Of a DNA stretch of 64,000 nucleotides, positions 1 through 9,010 are shown one piece after another (position 1 is the stretch's first letter; the number at the start of each line of letters is the position of its first letter). This DNA comes from Halostella limicola. GTDB lineage: Archaea > Halobacteriota > Halobacteria > Halobacteriales > Natronoarchaeaceae. The notes beneath the pieces were generated by a model that was not told where the DNA came from, did no database searches, and saw only the letters and a program-made list of their open reading frames with translations. The DNA lies in the NCBI RefSeq assembly GCF_003675875.1, contig NZ_RCDI01000002.1, positions 124,786 to 188,785 of the forward strand. The letters run 5' to 3'. Position numbers and translations under genes: made by a program.

Positions 1-1448
1 AACCCGACGAGGTTCGCGAGCTCGCCTGGACCGCGAACGGCGTCTCGATGATGGGCGGCCCCGTCCGCTTCGGCGTCGGCGAGGCCAACGAGGGCGCGAG
101 CGAGACCGAGCGCGACGACCTGGACTTCGACTTCCTCGCGATGGCCGACGTGGAGGCCGCCGCCCACGACATCGTCGAGAACGGCCTCGAAGGGTTCGAG
201 GACCGCTACCGCGGCGTCCCCGAGGAGACCCGCTGGGCGCGACAGGGCGCGTTCGTCGTCGAACAGCACCCGAACCACCCCGACTACCTCATCGCCGAAC
301 TCGAGACCTCCCGCGGCTGCCCGTACCGCTGCTCGTTCTGCACGGAGCCGATGTACGGCGACCCGGACTTCCGCCCGCCCGAGAGCGTCGTCGACGAGGT
401 GGACGCGCTGTCGGACCGCGGCGTCCGGCACTTCCGCCTCGGCCGGCAGGCCGACATCCTCGCGTACGGCGGCGACGGCGAAGCGCCGAACCCCGACGCG
501 CTCCGCGAACTCTACGGCGGTATCCGCGAAGTGGCACCCGATCTGGAGACGCTCCACCTCGACAACATGAACCCCATCACGGTCGTGAAATGGCCGGAGA
601 AGGCCCGCGAGGGGATCCGGATCATCGCCGAGCACAACACGCCCGGCGACACGGCCGCGTTCGGCCTGGAGTCCGCCGACCCAGTCGTGCAGGAGGAGAA
701 CAACCTCAACGTCTCCGCCGAGGAGTGCTTCGAGGCGGTCCGCATCGTCAACGAGGAGGCCGGGTGGCGGCCGGGAGAAGAGCCGAGTACCGGCCCCTCC
801 GTCGGCGACGACGCGCCGAACCGGCTCCCCAAGCTCCTCCCCGGCATCAACCTCGTCCACGGGCTGAAGGGCGAGCGCGAGGAGACGTTCGAGCACAACA
901 AGGCGTTCCTCCGGCGCGTGTACGACGAGGGCTACATGCTCCGCCGGGTGAACATTCGGCAGGTGATGGCGTTCGAGGGCACTGACATGGCCGAGACCGG
1001 CGCGGACCTCGCGCGCGACCACAAGCAGCAGTTCAAGCGGTACAAGCAGGAGGTCCGCGAGGAGATAGACAACCCGATGCTCAAGCGCGTCGCCCCGGTG
1101 GGCACGGTCCTGCCGGACGTCACGCTTGAGTATCACCAGGACGGCAAGACGTTCGGCCGCCAGCTCGGCACCTACCCGCTGCTCGTCGGCATCCCGGGCG
1201 AGCGCGAACTCGGGCAGACGCTCGACGTGGCGATCGTCGGCCACGGCTACCGCTCGGTGACCGGCGTCCCACACCCGCTCGACGTGAACAGCGCGTCGAT
1301 GGACGAGCTCGCGGCGATCCCCGGGATCGGCAAGAGCAGCGCGGGCGACATCGTCGTGAACCGCCCGTACGAGTCGGCGGACGAGATAGAGATCGACGCG
1401 GACGTGGCGGACTTCACGACGGTGCGGCCGTTCGAGAGCGCCGATTGA
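1..1448 (+). CDS. Radical SAM domain protein with C-terminal helix-hairpin-helix motif (5' partial, continues upstream of window)
   Basis: The frame is open back to position 1, reading PDEVRELAWTANG... A CxxxCxxC radical-SAM cluster motif is present (SRGCPYRCSFCTEP). The C-terminus carries an HhH-like DNA/RNA-binding motif (ELAAIPGIGKSSAGDIV). Confidence 0.8.
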   Translation, partial: PDEVRELAWTANGVSMMGGPVRFGVGEANEGASETERDDLDFDFLAMADVEAAAHDIVENGLEGFEDRYRGVPEETRWARQGAFVVEQHPNHPDYLIAELETSRGCPYRCSFCTEPMYGDPDFRPPESVVDEVDALSDRGVRHFRLGRQADILAYGGDGEAPNPDALRELYGGIREVAPDLETLHLDNMNPITVVKWPEKAREGIRIIAEHNTPGDTAAFGLESADPVVQEENNLNVSAEECFEAVRIVNEEAGWRPGEEPSTGPSVGDDAPNRLPKLLPGINLVHGLKGEREETFEHNKAFLRRVYDEGYMLRRVNIRQVMAFEGTDMAETGADLARDHKQQFKRYKQEVREEIDNPMLKRVAPVGTVLPDVTLEYHQDGKTFGRQLGTYPLLVGIPGERELGQTLDVAIVGHGYRSVTGVPHPLDVNSASMDELAAIPGIGKSSAGDIVVNRPYESADEIEIDADVADFTTVRPFESAD

Positions 1449-1523
1449 TCGCTGTAAGCGAGCGACGCGAGCGCGCTGAGAGGTCCCGTTCACGACAGGT
1501 CAGGACGCGCCGGCGAACGCTTA

Positions 1524-2282
1524 TTGAGCGGGCACCGGTCTATCCGACGGGAGATAATGACCGACGCAGACGCTTTCGGACGCCGCCGTCTCGCGGACGA
1601 GCTCGTGCCCGACAGGCTCACGCTCGCGGTGTTCAACTCCGACTGCTCGGAGGCCGTCGTCGACGCGCTCGGCGAGGAGCTCTCCGCGTTCTTCGACGTC
1701 GAGTCCGTGACCCAGGGGGAGACCATCGCCGGCGAGAAGCGGGAGTTCGCCGTCCTGCACGACGACGTGCTCCTCGACGGCCCGATCCTGCACGGGGACG
1801 CGACGGTCGACGACCTCGGCGGCGCCGTGTCCGGCGCGCAGCCGGTCGATACGATCTTCATCGCGGACTACGGCGACCGCGACGGGCTGCGGACGCTCTC
1901 TCAGCGGATCGAGAAGAAGGCCTGGTGGGCGGGCGAGGGCGAGCTGTACGCCTCCGGCCACCAGCGCCTCTCGGCGATGGACGACCAGTGGGAGCTGTAC
2001 GAGTCGATCGCCGACGAGGGGACCGGCGTCACCGTCTTCGAGAGCCCGGAGTGGGCCCCGACGGACCACCCGGGCGTCACCGTGCGAGAGGAAGGCGGCC
2101 ACGCTATGTCCGGGGTCTGGCTCGTGCTCTTCGACGGCGCGGGCAACGACGCGGCCAAGGGCGCCCTCGTCGCCGTCGAACGCGAACCGGACACCTACTA
2201 CGGGCTCTGGTCCGTGGACCCGACGGTGGTCGATCACCTGCGGAAGACCGCCATCGAGGCGAGCGTGACGACGGAGCGGTAG
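1524..2282 (+). CDS. Conserved hypothetical protein (possible DICT-like sensory domain; function not assignable)
   Basis: Acidic 252-aa ORF with haloarchaeal codon usage. No catalytic motif was recognised. The true start may be the internal Met (MTDADAF...). Confidence 0.5.
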   Translation: MSGHRSIRREIMTDADAFGRRRLADELVPDRLTLAVFNSDCSEAVVDALGEELSAFFDVESVTQGETIAGEKREFAVLHDDVLLDGPILHGDATVDDLGGAVSGAQPVDTIFIADYGDRDGLRTLSQRIEKKAWWAGEGELYASGHQRLSAMDDQWELYESIADEGTGVTVFESPEWAPTDHPGVTVREEGGHAMSGVWLVLFDGAGNDAAKGALVAVEREPDTYYGLWSVDPTVVDHLRKTAIEASVTTER

Positions 2283-2441
2283 GTTGGACGACGTATCTCT
2301 ACCGGAATCCGTGCGAACGGAAAGCGCGGTTCACCGCGAGAGAGCGCTGCGCACCCCGAAGCACGACTAAGCGGGATTCTCGAGCGAGCTTTTTTGCGGG
2401 TGCGGTGCGCCGATGGCGCACCCGTCCGCAAAAAAGTCGTT

Positions 2442-2876
2442 TTAGAACGTTTCCTCGATGATCTCGCCGACGGCGAAGTTCGACTTCACTTCGGTCACCT
2501 CGATCTTGACGCGCTCGCCGACTTCGGCACCGGGGACGATGATCACGTACCCGCGCTCGACGCGCGCGATGCCGTCGCCCTGCTTGCCGATGTCCTCGAT
2601 CTCGACGTAGCGGGTCTCGCCGACCTCGACCGGCGGCTGCGGTTCGGGGGGAGCGCCGGTCGACGACGATTCCTCGCTGTCTTCCGATTCCTCGCGGGAG
2701 ATGAGCGCGACGCGGTAGGTTTCGCCGGGTTCGACCGACCCCGTCTCGACCTCTCGACGGGGGACTTCGACGACGTACTTGTCGTCCGTCACGGACACGT
2801 CGGCGCTGAACAGACACAGGAGTTCATCAGAGATTTCCAAGGTCAGACCTCCAATCGGAAACTGGAAGTCATGCAT
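2442..2876 (-). CDS. TRAM domain-containing protein
   Basis: The C-terminal ~60 aa match the TRAM fold signature (ETRYVEIEDIGKQGDGIARVERGYVIIVPGAEVGERVKIEVTEV). The N-terminal half is acidic. Confidence 0.75.
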   Translation of the reverse strand: MHDFQFPIGGLTLEISDELLCLFSADVSVTDDKYVVEVPRREVETGSVEPGETYRVALISREESEDSEESSSTGAPPEPQPPVEVGETRYVEIEDIGKQGDGIARVERGYVIIVPGAEVGERVKIEVTEVKSNFAVGEIIEETF

Positions 2877-2902
2877 TAAAGAATTACCGCCGATCGTTCA
2901 CG

Positions 2903-3574
2903 TCAATCGCGGTTTCGAGGAGTTCCGTCGACGGACTTCACGCCTTCGGAGTCGTGAACGACCACTTCCCCCGGGTCGGGGTCGGCCGGCGCGTACTCGT
3001 CGCGGACGTCGATCGCCTCCTCTAGTTCGCGGACCGCCCGCTCTTTCAGCGCCGCGGCGAGCTCCTCGGCGTCCGTGCGGGAGATGTCGCGACCGAGGCC
3101 CTCGCACTCGTGGGCGCGGACGACGCCGGACTCGTCGACCGCCTCGCCCATCGGCTGGCTGGTGCCTGCAAGCGCGACGCTGAAGGGGTAGGTCCGGCAG
3201 ATGAGCGGGCGGTCCTCGTGCACCGTGCACGCGCCGACGCCGTCGTCGTCCTCGGCGTAGAAGGTGCAGTCGCCGCAGCCGTCGGTCTGCAGCGCCCACT
3301 CGAACGTCTCGCCCTCGACGCCGTCGGCCGTCTCGTCGAGGCCGTACGGCATCGGGCGGGCGACGTCGCGCCAGTCCCGGTCGCCGTCCGGATCCGCCTC
3401 CTGCAACGTTCGGACCTCGTCGGGGAACACCGTGGCGGTGTGGGGGTCCTCGTCCTCGGCCTTGCAGCAGGCTCCGCAGCGGGTACACTCGAAGCCGATG
3501 TCCTCGATGGCGTCGGCCAGGTCCGCGACGTCCAGCGCGCGGGCGCGTTCGAGTTCGGCTTCGAGGCTCTCCAT
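2903..3574 (-). CDS. YkgJ/UPF0153-type cysteine-cluster (Fe-S/Zn) protein
   Basis: Carries CTRCGACC followed by CGDC and C(x)nC spacing, which is typical of the YkgJ zinc/iron-chelating domain. Confidence 0.65.
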   Translation of the reverse strand: MESLEAELERARALDVADLADAIEDIGFECTRCGACCKAEDEDPHTATVFPDEVRTLQEADPDGDRDWRDVARPMPYGLDETADGVEGETFEWALQTDGCGDCTFYAEDDDGVGACTVHEDRPLICRTYPFSVALAGTSQPMGEAVDESGVVRAHECEGLGRDISRTDAEELAAALKERAVRELEEAIDVRDEYAPADPDPGEVVVHDSEGVKSVDGTPRNRD

Positions 3575-3623
3575 ACCGGACGGAGCCGTTGCGGCGACTA
3601 AAGGAGCGCGGTCGTCGACCGCG

Positions 3624-3863
3624 TCAGTTCGTCCGATACCGGTCGCCCCGGCTCTCGACCAGCCCTTTCCCCTCCAGCGTCTCCAGGACGTCGTACAGCG
3701 TCATCCGCCGCATGTCGAGTTCCGAGGACAGCTCGTCGACCGTCTCGCAGTCGGTCACCCTGAGGTAGTAGTACACGAGCTTCGCCTGAGAGGAGTTGAT
3801 CGAGTCGGGCATCCGCCGCCGGGCGACGGCGTCGGGGTCGTTCGGATAGGTCGTGAAGTCCAT
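3624..3863 (-). CDS. Small winged-HTH transcriptional regulator
   Basis: 79 aa. A helix-turn-helix is predicted around AKLVYYYLRV...ETVDELSSELDMRRMTLYDVLETLEGKGLV. Confidence 0.6.
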   Translation of the reverse strand: MDFTTYPNDPDAVARRRMPDSINSSQAKLVYYYLRVTDCETVDELSSELDMRRMTLYDVLETLEGKGLVESRGDRYRTN

Positions 3864-3931
3864 GTTGTTTGGTAACGTAACACAGCAACAAGAAGCTATT
3901 CACCCGTCGGGCGACGCCGCGAACGCCGAAA

Positions 3932-4714
3932 TCACGCCCCGTCTACGGTTCGTACCCGATCGCCGTCTCGGAGAACCCGCCCCTCGACAGCGAGTTTGTC
4001 GAGGTGGGCCTCGACCGTTCTCGCGGCGAGGTCGCGGACGCCTGCGAGGTCCTTGTCGTACGCGGCGTCAAGGACCTCGTCGACGGTTCGGGCTCCCTCG
4101 CGGACGGCGGCGGCCACCCGGCGCTCCCGGTCGCGGCGGTGCGAGAGGAGTCGAGCTATCGTCTCCCGGGGGTTCTCGATCGGGGGTCCGTGCCCCGGGA
4201 AGAGACGCGCGACGCCGGCCGCGCGCAGGCGACGGAGCGAGGTGAAGTAGGCGCGCATGTCGCCGTCGGGCGCGGTGACGGCGACGCTCCCCTCGGCGAC
4301 GGCGAGGTCGCCGACCAGCGCGGCGTCGCCGACGCGGAACGCGACGTGGTCCGGCGCGTGCCCCGGTGCGTCGATCACCGTGACGCCGCCCACCGCGGGG
4401 ATCGCGGTCCCCTCGCGGAACGTCGCGTCGGGAGCGATCCCCGTCGCTCGCTCGAAGCGGTCGGCGCGACCGGCGCGGCACCAGACAGTCGCGTCGAGGT
4501 CGTCGGCGTACGCCGCGACGCCGCCGACGTGGTCCGGGTGCGCGTGTGTGACCGCGACGTGGGCGACGGATCGCTCGCTGACGACGGCGTCCAGTTCGTC
4601 GGTGACGCCGGCTGGATCGATGAGCAGGGCACCGTCCGTTCCGACGACGTACGCGTTCGTCGCGCCACCGGGCGCTCCCTCGAACGGGACGGCGACGCGG
4701 TCGATGCGGTCCAT
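3932..4714 (-). CDS. MBL-fold metallo-hydrolase
   Basis: Has the THAHPDHVGG (HxHxDH) metallo-beta-lactamase motif, and downstream His/Asp ligands (GHAPDH, GH). Confidence 0.85.
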   Translation of the reverse strand: MDRIDRVAVPFEGAPGGATNAYVVGTDGALLIDPAGVTDELDAVVSERSVAHVAVTHAHPDHVGGVAAYADDLDATVWCRAGRADRFERATGIAPDATFREGTAIPAVGGVTVIDAPGHAPDHVAFRVGDAALVGDLAVAEGSVAVTAPDGDMRAYFTSLRRLRAAGVARLFPGHGPPIENPRETIARLLSHRRDRERRVAAAVREGARTVDEVLDAAYDKDLAGVRDLAARTVEAHLDKLAVEGRVLRDGDRVRTVDGA

Positions 4715-4769
4715 ACGAGGCGTTCGGCGGCGGCGACAAAAGAACGGGCGGTCGCGGCGAGAGGCGCGG

Positions 4770-5051
4770 TCAGTTGTTCAGGAAGTAGACCTGCTTGCGG
4801 GCGTCCTGGAAGGAGTACCGCGAGCTGACGAGGTCGTCCTCTTCGAGGCGGTTCAGCGCGTACCGGACCGTGCGGTCGGGGAGCAGCGACTCGTCGGCGA
4901 GCTGGCCCTGCGAGAGCGGGGAGTCGGTCTCCAGAACCTTGGCGACGAGTTTGGCGCTGGGCGGGAGCTCGCTGAGGCGGTCGCGGTACTCCGAGTCCGA
5001 GAGCGGATCGTCGGCGTCCTTCGAGCGGTCGTCCGTCGTGCTGGTGCTCAT
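4770..5051 (-). CDS. MarR/TrmB-like winged-HTH DNA-binding protein
   Basis: 93 aa. A wHTH is predicted around LVAKVLETDSPLSQGQLADESLLPDRTVRYALNRLEEDDLV. An AT-rich promoter-like island lies immediately upstream at 5052-5160. Confidence 0.6.
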   Translation of the reverse strand: MSTSTTDDRSKDADDPLSDSEYRDRLSELPPSAKLVAKVLETDSPLSQGQLADESLLPDRTVRYALNRLEEDDLVSSRYSFQDARKQVYFLNN

Positions 5052-5435
5052 ACCACGTGGTCGGCAAAGCTTGTAAGTAAAACTTGGCTATATGGGGGTT
5101 CAAACAATGGAGACAATATTAGGTGTATTATTACCAAATAAGGTCGCGCATGACGACGGCGCTTTCCCGCTCTCTTCGGCCGGTTTGTTGCGACGCGGGT
5201 GCCGAATACGTACCGACCCCGGTTCGAAAAGCGAACGTTCGCCCGCTTCGCGACGCGCGGCCGCGGCGGCGCACCACACCGTTCGTGACAGGGGTGGGTT
5301 CCAGAATAACGAGGGGTAACCGACAACGAATCGAGGAGTTCGGCGATCGGAACGAGTCGCTCGTCGGATACCTGAACGAGAGGCCGACGAAGCGGGTACT
5401 CACCCGCAGCCGAGCAGTGGAGCCCCGATCGGCGG

Positions 5436-5573
5436 TCAGCGCTTGCTCGGATCGCGGTACTGGCCCATCGGCCGCTCGCAGTCGGGGCAGTGCACCCTGA
5501 GAAGGTCGCCGCGCTCGTGGCGGACGAGCGCCTCGACGTCGTTGGTCGCGCCGCAGCGGTCACAAGTGGGCAT
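5436..5573 (-). CDS. Small zinc-ribbon protein (45 aa, two CxxC pairs)
   Basis: Hand-translated as MPTCDRCGATNDVEALVRHERGDLLRVHCPDCERPMGQYRDPSKR. It falls below the ORF-track length cutoff. It contains CxxC...CxxC. Confidence 0.45.
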   Translation of the reverse strand: MPTCDRCGATNDVEALVRHERGDLLRVHCPDCERPMGQYRDPSKR

Positions 5574-5674
5574 ACGCTCCTGTATGGTACCGAGTAACAA
5601 AGCAGTTTTCTCGCTCCGAGCAGTGAGACGACTCCAGTACCGTTTTATCCCATGGGCGAGGAAGTCACGACAGC

Positions 5675-6382
5675 GTGAAGGGACAGGAGTGGTATCAGGA
5701 GTCCGATGTCGCCGAGGAGTACGAGGAGAAGCGGTTCTCGCGCGGGGGCCGGCTCATCGACCGCCGCGAGAAGGAAGCCGTCCTCGACGCGATCGGACCC
5801 GTCGACGGCGAGCGGATCCTCGAGATCGCCTGCGGTACCGGCCGGTTCACCGTGATGCTCGCCGAGCGAGGCGCCGACGTCGTCGGGCTGGACATCTCCG
5901 GTCCGATGCTGCAGCAGGGCCGCGAGAAGGCCCGGTCGGCCGGCGTCGACGACAAACTGGAGTTCATGCGCGGCGACGCCGGACGGCTCCCGTTCCCCGA
6001 CGATCACTTCGACACGGTGTTCGCGATGCGCTTTTTCCACCTCGCGGACACCCCCGCGGCGTTCCTGAGCGAGATGCGCCGCGTCTCGAAAAACCGGGTC
6101 TTCTTCGACACGTTCAACCGCTTCAGTTCGCGGAGCATCTACAACTGGCTGCTGCCGATGGGCTCCCGGCTCTACTCCCGGACGGAGGTCGAGGCGCTCC
6201 TGTCGCGCGCGGGCCTGCGCCTCGTAGGCGACGAGCACGACTTCGTGCTCCCGTACGGGTTCTACCGGAAGATTCCCAACAGCCTCGCCAGCACGTTCCG
6301 CAAGTTCGACACCACCGTCGGGCGCTCGCCGCTCGGCGACGGGCTCGCCTCGGTGTCGTACTGGAACGCGTCAGTCGACTGA
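5675..6382 (+). CDS. Class I SAM-dependent methyltransferase (Methyltransf_11-like)
   Basis: Motif I is ILEIACGTGRF. The post-I acidic residue is VVGLDIS. Motif IV is FDTVFA. A GTG start is likely. Confidence 0.85.
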   Translation: MKGQEWYQESDVAEEYEEKRFSRGGRLIDRREKEAVLDAIGPVDGERILEIACGTGRFTVMLAERGADVVGLDISGPMLQQGREKARSAGVDDKLEFMRGDAGRLPFPDDHFDTVFAMRFFHLADTPAAFLSEMRRVSKNRVFFDTFNRFSSRSIYNWLLPMGSRLYSRTEVEALLSRAGLRLVGDEHDFVLPYGFYRKIPNSLASTFRKFDTTVGRSPLGDGLASVSYWNASVD

Positions 6383-6437
6383 CCTTCTACGTTCGTATCC
6401 AGTGATCTTTTAATCGCTCCCCGTTCTACTGGGTGGT

Positions 6438-7343
6438 ATGGAGCTCTCGGTAGTCGTTCCGACGCTCAACGGCCGAGAGCAACTGGATCGCTGTCTCGAC
6501 GCGCTCGCCGAACACGTCCCCGACGCGGAGATCGTCGTCGTCAACGGCCCTTCCTCCGACGGCACGACCGGGATGGTCCGCGAGCGCGACGACGTCGACG
6601 TGCTTCTGGAACTGTCCGACAGGAACGTCAACGTCGCTCGCAACGCCGGTATCGCCGAGGCGACCGGCGACGCGGTCGGCCTCGTCAGCTACCGCCTCGC
6701 CGTCGAGCCCTCCTGGACCGAGGCCGTGACGGCGGCGCTGTCCGACGGCGCGGCCGCGGTGACGGGACCCACCCACCGCACGCTGCGGGCGGGGATGACC
6801 ACGGAGTCCGAGGAGACCCGAACGTTCGCCGGGCGCTCGGTCACGTTCTTCAACGGCGACAACGTCGTCTTCGACCGCGAGGCAGTCGAGGAGATCGGCG
6901 GCTTCGACGAGTACCTCGAGACGGGCGGCGCGCGCGACGCCTCCCACCGCCTCGCCGCCACCGACCGCGCCGTCACCTGGGCCCCCGAGATGAGCGTCCG
7001 CGGCGAGTACGGGGCGGACGGCGGCCGCGCCGTCCGGGACTGGGGCTGGCGCCACCGGTCGGTGGCGTACCAGCTCTGCAAGAACTACGGCGTCCACCCG
7101 ACCGTCCCCCGGCGGATGATCGGCCTCGCCCTCAGCGACGCCCTCGGTACCGCCCGGGACGTGTTCCGCGGCGACGTGAAGCCCAGCTCCTGGTTCGGCA
7201 CCGGTCGGTCCGTCGTCAGCAACGCCGTCGGCGGCTGCAAGGACGGCCTCGCCGCCCGCCGCCGCGACGGCACCGACCGGCGGAACCCGAACGGGCTGGA
7301 CGACCGCCACGACCGCGTGGTGGAGCGGTACGAGATGCGCTGA
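6438..7343 (+). CDS. Glycosyltransferase family 2
   Basis: The N-terminal GT-A fold signature is VVVPTLNGREQLDRCLDAL.... Confidence 0.85.
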   Translation: MELSVVVPTLNGREQLDRCLDALAEHVPDAEIVVVNGPSSDGTTGMVRERDDVDVLLELSDRNVNVARNAGIAEATGDAVGLVSYRLAVEPSWTEAVTAALSDGAAAVTGPTHRTLRAGMTTESEETRTFAGRSVTFFNGDNVVFDREAVEEIGGFDEYLETGGARDASHRLAATDRAVTWAPEMSVRGEYGADGGRAVRDWGWRHRSVAYQLCKNYGVHPTVPRRMIGLALSDALGTARDVFRGDVKPSSWFGTGRSVVSNAVGGCKDGLAARRRDGTDRRNPNGLDDRHDRVVERYEMR

Positions 7344-7538
7344 GCCGAGCGTTTGCGCTGCGTCGCAACGAGCGGTCCGCCGCGGGCGGACACGCTCGCG
7401 GGTGCATTGCTCGTTCGCAGGCCTGCCTTTCCCCGAGTCGCGCGCCCGGCCTCCGGCCGGGACGCACTCTCGGCCGCGGGGTTCGCATCACGTTCCCCAC
7501 CCGCCTCTCTTTTGTCGCAAAGCGTGCTACGTTACTTC

Positions 7539-8039
7539 ATGGCAAACGACGTAACCGTGCGACGCGCGGAGTCCGACGACATCGACGGCGTCCGGCGGGT
7601 GGCCGAACGCGCGTGGCGGGAGACGTACGACGGCGTCCTGCCGGACGACGCGGTCGAGACGATGCTCTCGACGCACTACTCGCCCGAGGTGTTAGAGGAG
7701 ATAGTCGCGGCGGACGCGGAGCGCCTGTTCGTCGCGGAGGACGACGGGGAGACGGTCGGCTACGCGGCGAGCGGCGGGTCGGAGGCGGCGGTCGAGGGCG
7801 AGATCAGCATCTACGTCGACCCCGACCACTGGGGGCGGGGGGTCGGCGAGCGCCTGCTCGACCGCGCGGTCGAGGACCTCGCGGCGCGGGACGTGGACCG
7901 CGTCGAGGAGTCTGTGCTCGCGGAGAACAAGGTCGGGACGGCGTTCTACGAGAAGCACTTCGACCGGGTCGGCGAGCGGGAGATCGAGATCGGCGGGGAG
8001 ACCGAGACCGTGAACGTGTACGAGCGGGAGATCCCCTAG
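7539..8039 (+). CDS. GNAT family N-acetyltransferase
   Basis: The acetyl-CoA binding motif VGYAASGG...RGVGERLL is present. The start is taken at the internal ATG (MANDVTVRRAES). The upstream part of the listed ORF is low-complexity and probably not translated. Confidence 0.8.
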   Translation: MANDVTVRRAESDDIDGVRRVAERAWRETYDGVLPDDAVETMLSTHYSPEVLEEIVAADAERLFVAEDDGETVGYAASGGSEAAVEGEISIYVDPDHWGRGVGERLLDRAVEDLAARDVDRVEESVLAENKVGTAFYEKHFDRVGEREIEIGGETETVNVYEREIP

Positions 8040-8860
8040 CGCTCGCTTTCGGGGGCGAGCGCGTCGATCACGCGGGAGGCGTTCTTCGAGAAGGCCCGGC
8101 GCATCTTGTCCTCGGAGACGTCTAACGTGAGGACCTCCATGACGCCGACGTTCGGGTGGGTCGAGGGCGCGCCGCTCCCGAACAGCACGCGGTCGGGGTG
8201 TTCGAGCAGCGCGCGCTCCAGTTGCTCGCGGTAGCGCACGAGGCTGGTGTCGAGGTAGTAGTCGTCGTAGCGGTCGAGCAGGTCGATCGCCTCGTCCATG
8301 AGGTCGCGGTTCAGCGGGTGGCCGCCGAAGTGCGAGACGACGACGGGGAACGACCGGCCGAGGAGCGTCTCGGCGACGGTCTCCGGCGGGCACGCCTCGC
8401 CGCCGTGGACGATGACGGGGAGGCCGACCGCCTCCAGTTCGTCGAGCACCGCCTCGTCCGGCAGGCCGTCAGCGGCCGGGTCGAGCTTGAACCCGTGAAA
8501 GCGGTCGTCGTAGGCGTACTGTTCGACGTCCTCGGGCGAGGTGTGCCACTCCTCACGTGATGCGGCGAGGTTGCGCAGGCGCGCGCCGGTCGAGTCGCCG
8601 GCGTCGCGCGGGCCGTCGATGCGGGCGAACGCGACGAACGGGCGTTCGACGGAGAGGCGCGCGACGGCGTTGTTCGCCTGCAGATAACCGCCGCCCGGGG
8701 AGGAGTCCGGAAACACGACCGACCTGACGACCCCGGCCTGGTGCATCTCCCGTTCGAGTTTCTCGGGCGAAATGGCCCGCCCCCGGACCGCCGACGCGTC
8801 GTCCGGGTTCAAGCGGGCGTGGACGTCGACGACCCGGAACCGGTGTTCCAGTTCCAGCAT
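8036..8860 (-). CDS. Amidohydrolase-2 family (TIM-barrel metal-dependent hydrolase)
   Basis: Has the VVDVHARL N-terminal metal-ligand motif and downstream His/Asp. The start is chosen at MLELEHRF. The ORF-track N-terminus is Arg/Gly-rich junk. Confidence 0.7.
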   Translation of the reverse strand: MLELEHRFRVVDVHARLNPDDASAVRGRAISPEKLEREMHQAGVVRSVVFPDSSPGGGYLQANNAVARLSVERPFVAFARIDGPRDAGDSTGARLRNLAASREEWHTSPEDVEQYAYDDRFHGFKLDPAADGLPDEAVLDELEAVGLPVIVHGGEACPPETVAETLLGRSFPVVVSHFGGHPLNRDLMDEAIDLLDRYDDYYLDTSLVRYREQLERALLEHPDRVLFGSGAPSTHPNVGVMEVLTLDVSEDKMRRAFSKNASRVIDALAPESER

Positions 8861-8962
8861 CTGGCCACCCCTCCGCACCCCTGGTATTTCTGGATAACGG
8901 TTGTGGACCGCCGGAACCGCGCTCCGCGACCCGGCGCCGCCGCGGGGGTTCCAGGGGAAATC

Positions 8963-8980
8963 CAGCAAAATTTATATAGA
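8963..8980 (+). promoter_or_regulatory. BRE/TATA box (cagcaaaa-tttatata) of thermosome gene
   Basis: A TTTATATA consensus lies about 33 bp upstream of the thermosome ATG in an otherwise GC-rich context. Confidence 0.6.
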
Positions 8981-9010
8981 ACCGCAAACGACTCTCTGTC
9001 GAGGATTCAC

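Noticed and set aside
5205-5235. ggttcgaaaagcg segment resembling a tRNA T-arm
   Set aside because: No complementary acceptor or anticodon stems could be built around it. The flanks are not tRNA-like.
7353-7538. N-terminal 62-aa extension of the GNAT ORF in the ORF track
   Set aside because: The extension is Ala/Arg/Pro-rich and non-protein-like. The GNAT fold begins at the internal Met at 7539, which is preceded by an intergenic-looking stretch.
8861-8968. N-terminal extension of the amidohydrolase ORF and the overlapping 8553-8987 minus ORF
   Set aside because: Low-complexity sequence. The conserved amidohydrolase N-terminus (VVDVHARL) begins right after the internal Met at 8860.
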